From positions 248,001-312,000 of the forward strand of contig NZ_JMCB01000007.1 in the NCBI RefSeq assembly GCF_000737315.1: a DNA stretch of 64,000 nt, in the 5' to 3' direction. This document shows, piece after piece, positions 16,818 to 24,970 of the stretch. Each line of letters opens with the position of its first letter. Positions within the stretch are counted from its first letter, which is position 1. A program made the translations under genes and the position numbers. Source of the stretch: Hyalangium minutum (GTDB taxonomy: Bacteria; Myxococcota; Myxococcia; Myxococcales; Myxococcaceae). Under the pieces are notes generated by a model. The model saw nothing but the letters and a program-made list of their open reading frames with translations. It was not told where the DNA came from and searched no databases.

Positions 16818-18581
16818 TCAGGCCGCCTTCAGCAGCGGCGTGCGCATCACGCGCTCCACCCAGCCAGACTGGCTCACGCCAGCCGCCTTCGGCGCGTCCA
16901 GCAGCGCCTTCAGCACCCGCGGCACCTGGTAGGGGTCCGCGAACTGGTCCACCGACACCTCGCTGAACGGCACCTGCAGCTGGCCCGCGCACGTCCGCAC
17001 GGTGTTACCCCGTGCGCTCGCCACGCTCACCATCAGCGCCAGCGCCGCCACCGTGTAGCCGCACTCGCGGAAGGCCCGCGCGAACTGGTCGCCGGCCTCG
17101 CCCGCCTCGTCGCCCACCACGATGACCACGAGCTTCGCCTCCGCCGGCACCTTCACGCCGTCCCGGTGCAGAGCGTGCACCGCGGCCGCGTGCGTCGTAC
17201 CGCCAGACGCCTTGATGCCCTGCAGCATGTGCTGCACTGCCATGCGGCTGGACACCTTCGGCTTGAGCACCGTGCCCACCGTGTCGAACGACGCGATGTG
17301 CAGCTTCTCCAGCGGGAAGCCCGCGAGGATGCGCGTGAGCGCCTCCTTGGACTGCTCGATGGCCCCCTCCATGGAGCCGGACTTGTCGATGAGGAACATC
17401 ACCCGCACGTCCGTCTCCGCCGTCGCCTCCGCCACTGCCTGCCGGGCTGCGTTGTCGCTCGCCTCCTCCAGCTTCTCTCGCAGCTCCTTGCTCCGGACGT
17501 TCTTCGCGATGTGGAGCGCCCGCTGGTCCGTTGCCGTCTGCACGGCCTTCTCCCAGCGCGCCCGGATGGTGGGCTCCGACAGCAAGCCCAGCTCCTCCAG
17601 CGTTGGCGTCATCATCCGCATGTCCCGGTCCGACAGCGACGGCAGCAGCGCCACCATGATGGCCGGCGTGAGCCCCACGTCCTTCGGCAGGCGGCCCACC
17701 ACCTCCTTGAAGGAGAGCTTCTGCGACTCGATGGTCTCGCAGATCTCCGCCTCGGAGAGCCCGTCGAAGCGCTCGCGCTTGACCAGCCGCAGGCCCTCGA
17801 GGCCCACCGCCCGGTGGCCCCCGCTGGACTGCTTCTGCTTCCAGCCGAGCACCTCGAAGAACGCCTGCGTCTCCGGCTTGTAGCCGGCCTTGCGGGCGAG
17901 CTTCTTCAGCGTCTCCTTGAAGCCGGCCTTCACCAGACCCTCGAGCATCGGCAGGTTCTTCTCCCGCGCCTGGAGCCACTTCTGCGCCACGCGCTTCCAG
18001 CGGCCCAGCGGCGGCCGCTTGGAGCCGGGGTCACCGAACCCCGCCTCGCGGTTGAGCCGCGCGATCTCCGGCGTCTCGAGCAGCTCGGCCACTCGCAGCA
18101 CCGCCTTGGGCGTGAGCATGCGCGTGGACTTGCGCTCGTAGTGCAGGATCATCGCCTCGCCGATGGCCCGGTGGTCGTCGTCGAAGAAGGCGACCGTGCC
18201 GTCGTCCTCACGAACCGGCTGACCCGCGTGGCCCTGCACCAGCATCAGCGCGCAGGTCGCCACCTTCAGGTCACGCCAGTCCGTCTGCGTCAGCGCGTAG
18301 GACGCGAAGTGCGCCATCAGGTCCGTGTTGAGCTTGTAGATGTCCAGGATCTGCCGGTACAGCTTCACCGCCGCCGGCACGAAGAGGCCCGGGCTCACCC
18401 GCGTCGCCTTGGCCGGGATCGCCGCGTTGCCGCGGGGCGCCGGCTGCCAGACGCCGTTGAGGTCGAGGCCCGGCCGGTTGTGCCACAGGTGGGCGGAGCC
18501 GTTGAGCACGAGCTCGAGCAGCCGCTCGGCGGGCCCGCGCTGTGCCTCCGGAATCATCGGGGTGTTCTGCTTCGTCGTCAT
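16818..18581 (-). CDS. Divergent Ro60/TROVE-like protein with C-terminal vWA domain
   Basis: vWA MIDAS MFLIDKSGSM, GGT, VVGDE; helical N-terminus with GRWKRVAQKWL and LKKLARKAGYKP resembling TROVE motifs; flanked by Y-RNA-like genes; SD GGAGGG. Confidence 0.65.
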   Translation of the reverse strand: MTTKQNTPMIPEAQRGPAERLLELVLNGSAHLWHNRPGLDLNGVWQPAPRGNAAIPAKATRVSPGLFVPAAVKLYRQILDIYKLNTDLMAHFASYALTQTDWRDLKVATCALMLVQGHAGQPVREDDGTVAFFDDDHRAIGEAMILHYERKSTRMLTPKAVLRVAELLETPEIARLNREAGFGDPGSKRPPLGRWKRVAQKWLQAREKNLPMLEGLVKAGFKETLKKLARKAGYKPETQAFFEVLGWKQKQSSGGHRAVGLEGLRLVKRERFDGLSEAEICETIESQKLSFKEVVGRLPKDVGLTPAIMVALLPSLSDRDMRMMTPTLEELGLLSEPTIRARWEKAVQTATDQRALHIAKNVRSKELREKLEEASDNAARQAVAEATAETDVRVMFLIDKSGSMEGAIEQSKEALTRILAGFPLEKLHIASFDTVGTVLKPKVSSRMAVQHMLQGIKASGGTTHAAAVHALHRDGVKVPAEAKLVVIVVGDEAGEAGDQFARAFRECGYTVAALALMVSVASARGNTVRTCAGQLQVPFSEVSVDQFADPYQVPRVLKALLDAPKAAGVSQSGWVERVMRTPLLKAA

Positions 18582-18678
18582 GGTCCCCTCCGGGAACGTG
18601 TTGCGGGTGAGTCGGAACGAAGCGGGCACCGGAACCAGCCGGTACCCGCCTCGGGTGGAAGTAGGTGAAAGGGAAAAG

Positions 18679-18821
18679 GTGCGCCCGAGTGGCGAAGCCA
18701 CGACGACCCTGTGGAAGGGCAGTGCTCTACCAGGCTGAGCTACGGGGCCATGGAGCGGCCCCGGCGGGAGTTGAACCCGCGACCCCTGCAGTGCTTGTAG
18801 GGCCTCACCGGCCGGGCGCTC
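18679..18821 (-). ncRNA. YrlA-like Y RNA (circularly permuted tRNA mimic)
   Basis: Order T arm (GCGGG-TTCAACT-CCCGC), acceptor hairpin (CGGGGCC-GCTCCAT-GGCCCCG), D arm (TAGCTCAGCCTGGTAGAGC); closed by GCAG/CTGC and terminal GCGCCCG/CGGGCGC stem. Confidence 0.8.
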
Positions 18822-18840
18822 AATCAGATGAGATGCAGGC

Positions 18841-19548
18841 TCACGAGAAGACGTTCACGTCTCCGTGCACCGGGAACAGCGCGACGTCTTTGCCGCCCCG
18901 GTAGGACTGCCTCGCGGGTACCGAGACGAGCTCCCACGAGGGGAGAACCACCGCGGTGAGCGAGCGTCCGTAGACACAGCCCGTGTCGATGCCGACCGCG
19001 TGCTCTGTCACCAGCGGCTTGTCGAACACCGTGTGCCCGAAGATGACGCGCTCGGGGCCCTTCCAGTGGTGCGTCCAGAATCGATGCGTCGCTGGCGCCT
19101 TCGAGGGCCAGTAGCTCTTCTTCTCTGGAGGCTGGATGCACTGGGCGTGGAGCAGGTGGTACGGATCCTGCGACTCGATGGGCTTGTGGGGCATCACTCC
19201 CGCGTGCACCACGACGGCGTTGTACTCAGGCAGCCGGATGTAGAGCGGGAGCTTGGCGAAGTAGTCCAGGTGCTCGGGTTCGAGCGCCCGCCGCGTCTCC
19301 AGGTGGTCCGGCGAGAGCCGGTCGTCCGAGCGGCGGCGCTGTTGAAGGTGCGACTCCTCGTGGTTGCCCTGGATGGCCTCGTACTTCATGGCCAGCTCCA
19401 CGCACTCGCGGCGCTTGGGGCCTCGGTCCACGAGGTCTCCCGCGAAGATGATGCGGTCGCTGGAAGTCGCGCCCACCTTGGCGAGCAGCTCGAGGGCCTC
19501 GTCGTAACAGCCGTGCAGGTCGCCGATGACGATGGTTCGGGGAGACAT
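18841..19548 (-). CDS. Calcineurin-like metallophosphoesterase (ApaH/PP1/Pnkp-phosphatase-like)
   Basis: IGDLHG, GDLVDRG, GNHE, VHAG, FGHT, IDTGCVYG. Confidence 0.9.
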   Translation of the reverse strand: MSPRTIVIGDLHGCYDEALELLAKVGATSSDRIIFAGDLVDRGPKRRECVELAMKYEAIQGNHEESHLQQRRRSDDRLSPDHLETRRALEPEHLDYFAKLPLYIRLPEYNAVVVHAGVMPHKPIESQDPYHLLHAQCIQPPEKKSYWPSKAPATHRFWTHHWKGPERVIFGHTVFDKPLVTEHAVGIDTGCVYGRSLTAVVLPSWELVSVPARQSYRGGKDVALFPVHGDVNVFS

Positions 19549-19568
19549 GGGACAACACCTCAAGAATG

Positions 19569-19704
19569 GAGCGCCCGAGTGAGGAAGCCGTAAGTTGCGC
19601 TGAATTCACGGTTCAGTGTCGGGACCCCCCGACGGCATCGCCCTGATGGGAGAAGGGTGGAGTCGAACCACCGGAGCTTGTAAGGCCTCTTCGGCCAGGC
19701 ACTC
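19569..19704 (-). ncRNA. Second Y-RNA-like gene
   Basis: Terminal stem GAGTGCCTG/CGGGCGCTC, GCCGAAG motif, T arm GGTGG-TTCGACT-CCACC; 5' and 3' ends paralogous to 18679-18821. Confidence 0.7.
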
Positions 19705-19723
19705 TAAAAGAGTTGCCGCCAAG

Positions 19724-19748
19724 GACGCCGCCTCCCCTGGTTCCTGAC
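19724..19748 (-). promoter_or_regulatory. Candidate ECF-sigma promoter 3 (Y RNA / Ro operon)
   Basis: GTCAGGAA-N13-CGTC about 20 nt upstream of the Y-RNA stem. Confidence 0.7.
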
Positions 19749-19784
19749 GGCGGATTTTCCGGCTCCAGCCTTCCCCGGCCTTCT

Positions 19785-19810
19785 GTCAGGAACCTGGAAA
19801 AGCCCCCGTC
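19785..19810 (+). promoter_or_regulatory. Candidate ECF-sigma promoter 4 (autoregulatory, sigma gene)
   Basis: GTCAGGAA-N14-CGTC on the + strand, divergent from promoter 3. Confidence 0.7.
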
Positions 19811-19974
19811 TTGCTCTGCGACGCCCCCCTACCTGTCCGTTCACCGGCGGTGGGGGTCCCCGTCATCGGAGGATGCCTGCGGATGCCATCGTGGTACCTT
19901 GCCGAGCCGTGGATGCCCCGCCCACCCGCCAGGTGGGGAGGCACTGAACTCCTCGGCGCTACCAGGTTCCTTCG

Positions 19975-20640
19975 GTGTACGACCAGCTCTCGGATGACGA
20001 ATTGTTCGCGGAAGTCTCCCGACGCCGCGCGGCCGGCGAGTCCTTCAATGGACCGCTCGGCGCGCTTGTCGAGCGGTGGGGCCGTCCCGCCCGTTATGTC
20101 ATCGGCAAGATCCAGGCCAGCTATGGCCGGGGCTCTCCCGCGGATGGGGATGAGCTCTTCCAGGATGCCGTGGGGAAGTTCATCTCCCGCGGCCTCGACC
20201 AGTTTCGCGGCATCTCCGAGCACATGCCCGGCAAGGCCGCTTCCCCCAAGACGTTCTTCCTGCGAATCGTCAAGCACGTCGCCATCGACTTCTACCGGCG
20301 GCAGCGCGAGGAACTGGCCCCAGCGCCCAGCGACCCGGACGACACCATGGAGGAGTCTCCTTCCGAGATGGCGCAGGCCGTGGAGAAGGCCAAGCGCACC
20401 GAGGAGCGCTCGGACGCTCAAGAGCTCTACTGGGCAGCGTTTGCCCGCCTCCAACAAGAGCACCCCAAGGAGGCTGGCGCGTGGGAGCTGTACCACCACC
20501 AAGATGTGGAGGACCACGAAGAATGCGCCCGTCTGCTGAACATCACCGTGGTCAACTCCTACAAGCGCGTCAGCCGCGCGCAGGCCTACCTCAAGCTGTA
20601 TCTGCTCGAGTTGAAGCAGACAGCCGAGGGAGGGGACTGA
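19975..20640 (+). CDS. ECF-type RNA polymerase sigma factor
   Basis: DGDELFQDA.. / FFLRIVKHVAIDFYRR (region 2), EECARLLNITVVNSYKRVSRA (region 4 HTH). Confidence 0.85.
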   Translation: MYDQLSDDELFAEVSRRRAAGESFNGPLGALVERWGRPARYVIGKIQASYGRGSPADGDELFQDAVGKFISRGLDQFRGISEHMPGKAASPKTFFLRIVKHVAIDFYRRQREELAPAPSDPDDTMEESPSEMAQAVEKAKRTEERSDAQELYWAAFARLQQEHPKEAGAWELYHHQDVEDHEECARLLNITVVNSYKRVSRAQAYLKLYLLELKQTAEGGD

Positions 20641-20680
20641 GTCCCCGCTTTTCGTTCCATCTCTTCTCTCGAGGTTCGCG

Positions 20681-21865
20681 ATGAGTGACGCTCTCTCCCG
20701 TTATCAGGCCCGGCATCAGCAGCTCTCCAGTGGTTCCTCCTCCGTGGGAGGTACCCTCGAAGCCGCAGGAGATCTGCTTCGTCGTAGCTCTCGCGTCGGA
20801 GTGCAAGCCGTGGAGCCAGCGCTGCGCGCGGTGACTCGACCTCAGATCGAGACATGGCTGCAGAGTCAGAAGCCCGCCGAGCTTCGGACCCAGTTGCTCA
20901 AAGCCGCCGAGGAAGCTGTCGAGGTCGCGCTGGGAGAAGGTGGCGACGAGGCGGAGATGTGGCGAACTTCGGCGATGGATGGGTTGTCCGCGCGAGATCG
21001 CGCCGCCTCCGCCGCCCGCGCACTGGGGCAGTGGGAGGCCCTCCACGGAGCCCTGACGGGGCCCGCAGCGCAACGGCGGGACGATTTTCTCCAGGCCCTC
21101 GGGAATCTCGATAACGCGCTCCGCCCGAGGGCCCGCTGGTTCATCCCCCTGAACCCGCAACGCAGACAAGAGCGCGACCTGCTCGACTCTTCCGAGCAAG
21201 CGCAGGCCTGGTGGTTCTCTGCCCGGGCCGACTGTGATGACTTGGTGGCTACCTGGACGCAGCAGCCCCAGTCCCTCTCTCCTCACCTTCAGAGCTGTGC
21301 CGACTGCCGCGACGATCTCGCGGACACCGCCATCGTTGATCAGCCTCCTGCCCGTCACGTGAGCGCCGATGAGCTGTGGCGCCTCGACGTGGGACTGCTG
21401 TCCACCGACGAGCGCGCTCGCATCGAGTCGCATACCGCTCAGTGCTCCGACTGTGCCCAGGCTGTGCTGGCCCTCGAGGAGGGTGACGCCGCCATTGATG
21501 AGGCTCTGGAGATGGAGGCAGAGGGCTCCACGGGGCCGGGTCTTGCCGCGCGCACCTCGCGGGAGGCTGTTCCTCGCCGCCCCGGTGCCCGTCTCCCCGA
21601 GCAGCGCGAGGTGCTGGAGGAGCGCCGCGATTTTCGCGTGCTCCTCGTGCGTGAGCGCCAGCGCGTGAGGCTCCTGGTGCAGCCGCTCTCTGGCCGCACC
21701 GTCACTGCCGCCGTGTTCACTGCTCCCGGCAAGCCCTCGATCAAGCCGACTCAGGGGCCCGAGGGGATTTCCTTCGAGCTCGGCGCCGACGGTGGTGGCA
21801 CGCGCTCCGCTCACCTCACCGTGATGGCCGGCGGAGAGACCCTGGAGCGCGACTTCTCCTACTGA
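20681..21865 (+). CDS. Soluble anti-sigma-like protein with two HxxxCxxC zinc motifs
   Basis: HLQSCADC and HTAQCSDC (second in zf-HC2 context LSTDERARIESH..QC..C); no obvious TM helix; directly after sigma. Confidence 0.65.
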   Translation: MSDALSRYQARHQQLSSGSSSVGGTLEAAGDLLRRSSRVGVQAVEPALRAVTRPQIETWLQSQKPAELRTQLLKAAEEAVEVALGEGGDEAEMWRTSAMDGLSARDRAASAARALGQWEALHGALTGPAAQRRDDFLQALGNLDNALRPRARWFIPLNPQRRQERDLLDSSEQAQAWWFSARADCDDLVATWTQQPQSLSPHLQSCADCRDDLADTAIVDQPPARHVSADELWRLDVGLLSTDERARIESHTAQCSDCAQAVLALEEGDAAIDEALEMEAEGSTGPGLAARTSREAVPRRPGARLPEQREVLEERRDFRVLLVRERQRVRLLVQPLSGRTVTAAVFTAPGKPSIKPTQGPEGISFELGADGGGTRSAHLTVMAGGETLERDFSY

Positions 21866-23070
21866 GAGATGTTCGTCCCCGCCCGCATCGCATCCCGCGG
21901 CGTCATGGGCGGGAGCGGCGGCGGAAGCCCACCGGGTGGCTTGTTCCGCCGGAAGCCGTTGCCCAGGAAGGACAGCGACAGCTGCACCGGCGGTGGCGTC
22001 TTGCTCAGCGCCGCGCCGCACACGTCCAGCCGGTCCGTGGTGCGCAGACCTTCGTACCGCTGGTAGCGGATGCAGGTGGGATCCTGCTTGTAGTCCGTGT
22101 CGCGGACCAGCTCGCGCTCGAGGATGCCCGCCTTCATCGTGAGCTTCTCCGGATCCATCTGGATTCGCACGGGATCAATGCCCCAGTTGCCCTCGATGAG
22201 CGTCCGCTTGCCGTCCGCCGTCACCTTCAACGCAATGGGCCGGCCGAGGTACATGCCCTTCACCTCGTTGCCCTGCTCGGTGACTTCCTCTTCGAGGATG
22301 TTGCGCCAGATGCCATCCGCTCCGCGCGTGTAGCTCTTGTCCATGTTCACGCGGCCCAGGTTGAACCAGTGCTCGCCCACCTTGCCCGTGGCCAGCTGGT
22401 TCTCCTTCGGAGTCACCGCCGCCGCGGCCGCCGCCTGCGTGGCCTCCTCCAGGCCGTGCGGACCGCCCTGCGGCACCGCCGGGCGCGCAGCCAGCAGGTC
22501 CGTCACCGGCACGGTGCGATCCACCACCTCGAAGCGCACGCCATCCAGCCACGCCTGGCCCGTGCCGCTCAGCAGCAGCCCCGCCATGATCGCGTTGGAC
22601 TCGGGCGGCACGTCGAGCACCACGTCGAACCGCTTGCACGGCGTGGTGCCCGACAGCGAGCGCGACTGCATGTTGTCGAAGCCCAGCGGCTGCTTGGAGT
22701 CCTTGCCCTCCACCCGCATCCACAGCCCCGCCCACCCAGACACGTCCTTCACTCGCACCGTCGCCGAGAACCGCAGCCGCTTGCCCCGGAAGTCCTGCGC
22801 CCCGAAGGCCTGCATGAACGTACCGTAGCCCGTGTCGTTCCCCGTCTTCGCGCGCAGGAAGGCACTGCGGGTGCCCTCGCACGGCGAGTTCGTGTCCACG
22901 CCCGCCTCGTAGAGGTTCGGTGCGCTCTGCGTCACGAACCAGCCCACCGGCAGCGACTTGGAGTCCCCGCTCAGCTTGGGCGACACCGGCTCATCCGCCC
23001 GCGCCGCTCCTGCCGCACTCACCACCCACGCCAGGATCAGCGCCCCGAGATGTCTCTTCCAGGATGTCAT
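21859..23070 (-). CDS. Secreted protein with galactose-binding-like N-terminal domain
   Basis: Signal peptide; GTFMQAF.AQDFRGKRLRFSA, WAGLWMRV, G.GQAWLD.V.FE. Confidence 0.7.
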   Translation of the reverse strand: MTSWKRHLGALILAWVVSAAGAARADEPVSPKLSGDSKSLPVGWFVTQSAPNLYEAGVDTNSPCEGTRSAFLRAKTGNDTGYGTFMQAFGAQDFRGKRLRFSATVRVKDVSGWAGLWMRVEGKDSKQPLGFDNMQSRSLSGTTPCKRFDVVLDVPPESNAIMAGLLLSGTGQAWLDGVRFEVVDRTVPVTDLLAARPAVPQGGPHGLEEATQAAAAAAVTPKENQLATGKVGEHWFNLGRVNMDKSYTRGADGIWRNILEEEVTEQGNEVKGMYLGRPIALKVTADGKRTLIEGNWGIDPVRIQMDPEKLTMKAGILERELVRDTDYKQDPTCIRYQRYEGLRTTDRLDVCGAALSKTPPPVQLSLSFLGNGFRRNKPPGGLPPPLPPMTPRDAMRAGTNISQ

Positions 23071-23081
23071 GGCGCCATTCC

Positions 23082-23618
23082 TCACAGGGACGCGGGACGC
23101 GATGAGAGCGCCCCCGCCGGAATCCCCGTGCTCCCCTCGTAGCGGGGCACCTCGCCCATGCCGAGCGGGTACTGCACCAGCAGCCCTCGCGCCGCAGCCT
23201 CCGACGCGCAGGACTCTTGCGTGGTGAGATCCGGGCACGCCACCACCGTGCTCGGCAGATCCATCGGCAGCTCCAGCGTCAGCACCGCCGGAGAGGGCTG
23301 CTCCACCGGCTGCGACACCGCCGCGCCAGGGTGATGCACCATCAGCGCCAGCGCCGCCGCCGCCGCCATTGCCGGGCCTACGACGACCGCCGCTACTCGC
23401 GCCACGCGCCAGCGGGCCGGGCGTACGACGTTGTCCTCTCGCGGCGCCGCGCTGGCTACTTCGCGCAGCTGCTCCTCCAGCATCGCCTCCTGCTGCAGCA
23501 ACCGGGCGCACGCCTCGCAGACCAGCGTGTGCGCCTCGAGCTTGCGCTCGCGCTCGGGATCCAGCGCACCCAGGATGTACTGCTCCGCGTCAGACGGAGT
23601 CAGGTGCGGTTCAGTCAT
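23082..23618 (-). CDS. zf-HC2 membrane anti-sigma factor
   Basis: YILGAL..ERERKLEAHTLVCEAC, followed by a TM helix. Confidence 0.85.
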   Translation of the reverse strand: MTEPHLTPSDAEQYILGALDPERERKLEAHTLVCEACARLLQQEAMLEEQLREVASAAPREDNVVRPARWRVARVAAVVVGPAMAAAAALALMVHHPGAAVSQPVEQPSPAVLTLELPMDLPSTVVACPDLTTQESCASEAAARGLLVQYPLGMGEVPRYEGSTGIPAGALSSRPASL

Positions 23619-24252
23619 GGCTCTCCTCCTCGAGCGCGGTTCGCAGCTTCTTGCGCACCTCGCACAGGATCTGTCGCACGCGCTGCACGGACAGGCCGAC
23701 ACGCGCCGCGACTTCGGCATGGGGTAGCTCCTGCCCATCGCAGGCCAGGAGGAACACGTTACGGGCGCTCGGCGAGCACCCCGCGAGGGCCTCGTGGGCC
23801 CGGGCCAGCTGCTCCTCGGACAACAGGCGCCGCTCGGCCGACACAGTCGGATCCACCGGGTGCTGCCGCTCGGGCAGCTCCTCCACGTTGCCCGTGATCG
23901 CCTCGCGCCGGGCACGGCGGGCATCGTCCGCGGCCAGGAAGGCCGCCTGGGTGATCGCGAGGTTGGGCAGGCGCAGCTCCGTCAGCAGCCCGCGCTGCTG
24001 TTGTTGGATGAGCCGCGTCCAGGCCTCCTGGGCCAGCTCATGGGCCCGGTCCACCCGGATCCCCTTGGCCAGCAGCGATACCACGACGCGCCGGTGGTGG
24101 CGCGCGATGAGCGCGTCCCAGGCCCGCCGGTCGCCTGCCAGCGCCCGCTGGGAGACATCCTCGTCCCCCTTTTGGGTGCGCTCCACGGCGTCTCCGGCGT
24201 CCTCTTGCTGTCGGCCCATTATCGGCAAGCCCTGCACAGCCGCTCCCACCAT
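23611..24252 (-). CDS. ECF sigma factor
   Basis: AWDALIARH, AHELAQEAW, LPHAEVAARVGLS..RVRQIL; overlaps anti-sigma start. Confidence 0.85.
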   Translation of the reverse strand: MVGAAVQGLPIMGRQQEDAGDAVERTQKGDEDVSQRALAGDRRAWDALIARHHRRVVVSLLAKGIRVDRAHELAQEAWTRLIQQQQRGLLTELRLPNLAITQAAFLAADDARRARREAITGNVEELPERQHPVDPTVSAERRLLSEEQLARAHEALAGCSPSARNVFLLACDGQELPHAEVAARVGLSVQRVRQILCEVRKKLRTALEEESHD

Positions 24253-24374
24253 CGCGTCTTCCTATGTTCTCGGTGGCTTCCCCGGGCAGTGCTCCTCCCG
24301 GGTGCTCTCGAAAACGTCCGACCCCCACCAGCATATCGAATCGGATGGAAGAGGGTGTGGGACAAGGTGGGTGC

Positions 24375-24848
24375 CTAGCCAATGGATGGGCTGTCGCCCG
24401 AGCTCCAGGTCTGTGTAGACAAACGGACTACCCCTTGGGCTCGGGCGCAGACGTTGCCCTGGTCATCGAGAATCTTGGCCGAGGCGAAGAGGGTGCTCTT
24501 GCCGTGGGAGTCGATCTCCGCCTCGGCGCGCAGGGAGTTGCCGGTGGCGGGGCGCTGGAACGTCATGGAGAGCTGCAGGGTGGCACAGCGCTTGGTGGGG
24601 TCCAGCAGCGCCGGGGTGCAGCCGAGGACCAAGTCAAAGAGGCCCGCGAGCACGGCACCGTTGATGGCCGAGGCGGTGCCCAGGCCTCCTCGGTGGTGGT
24701 GCTGGAGCTCGGGGATGGCGGCGACCACCTTGCGGCCCTCGGGGAAGGAGAGCCGCACTCCGAGGTGGCGCATGGGGGCGCTCTGGCTGAACTGCTCCGC
24801 GTAGCGGTCGAGCTGGGCCTGCGTGGGGCGGGACGGGGTGTCGGACAT
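24375..24848 (-). CDS. PaaI family thioesterase
   Basis: INGAVLAGLFD..LG, ATLQLSMTFQRPA hot-dog motifs. Confidence 0.85.
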   Translation of the reverse strand: MSDTPSRPTQAQLDRYAEQFSQSAPMRHLGVRLSFPEGRKVVAAIPELQHHHRGGLGTASAINGAVLAGLFDLVLGCTPALLDPTKRCATLQLSMTFQRPATGNSLRAEAEIDSHGKSTLFASAKILDDQGNVCARAQGVVRLSTQTWSSGDSPSIG

Positions 24849-24970
24849 GGAGGCGCCACTTTATGCGAGCCCAGGCCTCGGGTGGCGGATGGCGGGCAGG
24901 CAGGCGGACACGGCCCCGGCGTGCGGAACGTCCGTCACGGCGCGCGGAAATTCGTTAGAGAAGGCCTTCT

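Noticed and set aside
18720-18790. Apparent extra tRNA gene (D arm and T arm present)
   Set aside because: Arms are in permuted order with the acceptor closed by a loop and no anticodon loop; reinterpreted as a Y RNA
23082-24252. This ECF pair (or 38801-40125) as controller of the tRNA/Ro regulon
   Set aside because: No motif copy seen upstream of either; both have membrane anti-sigmas; the sigma at 19975 has the autoregulatory copy
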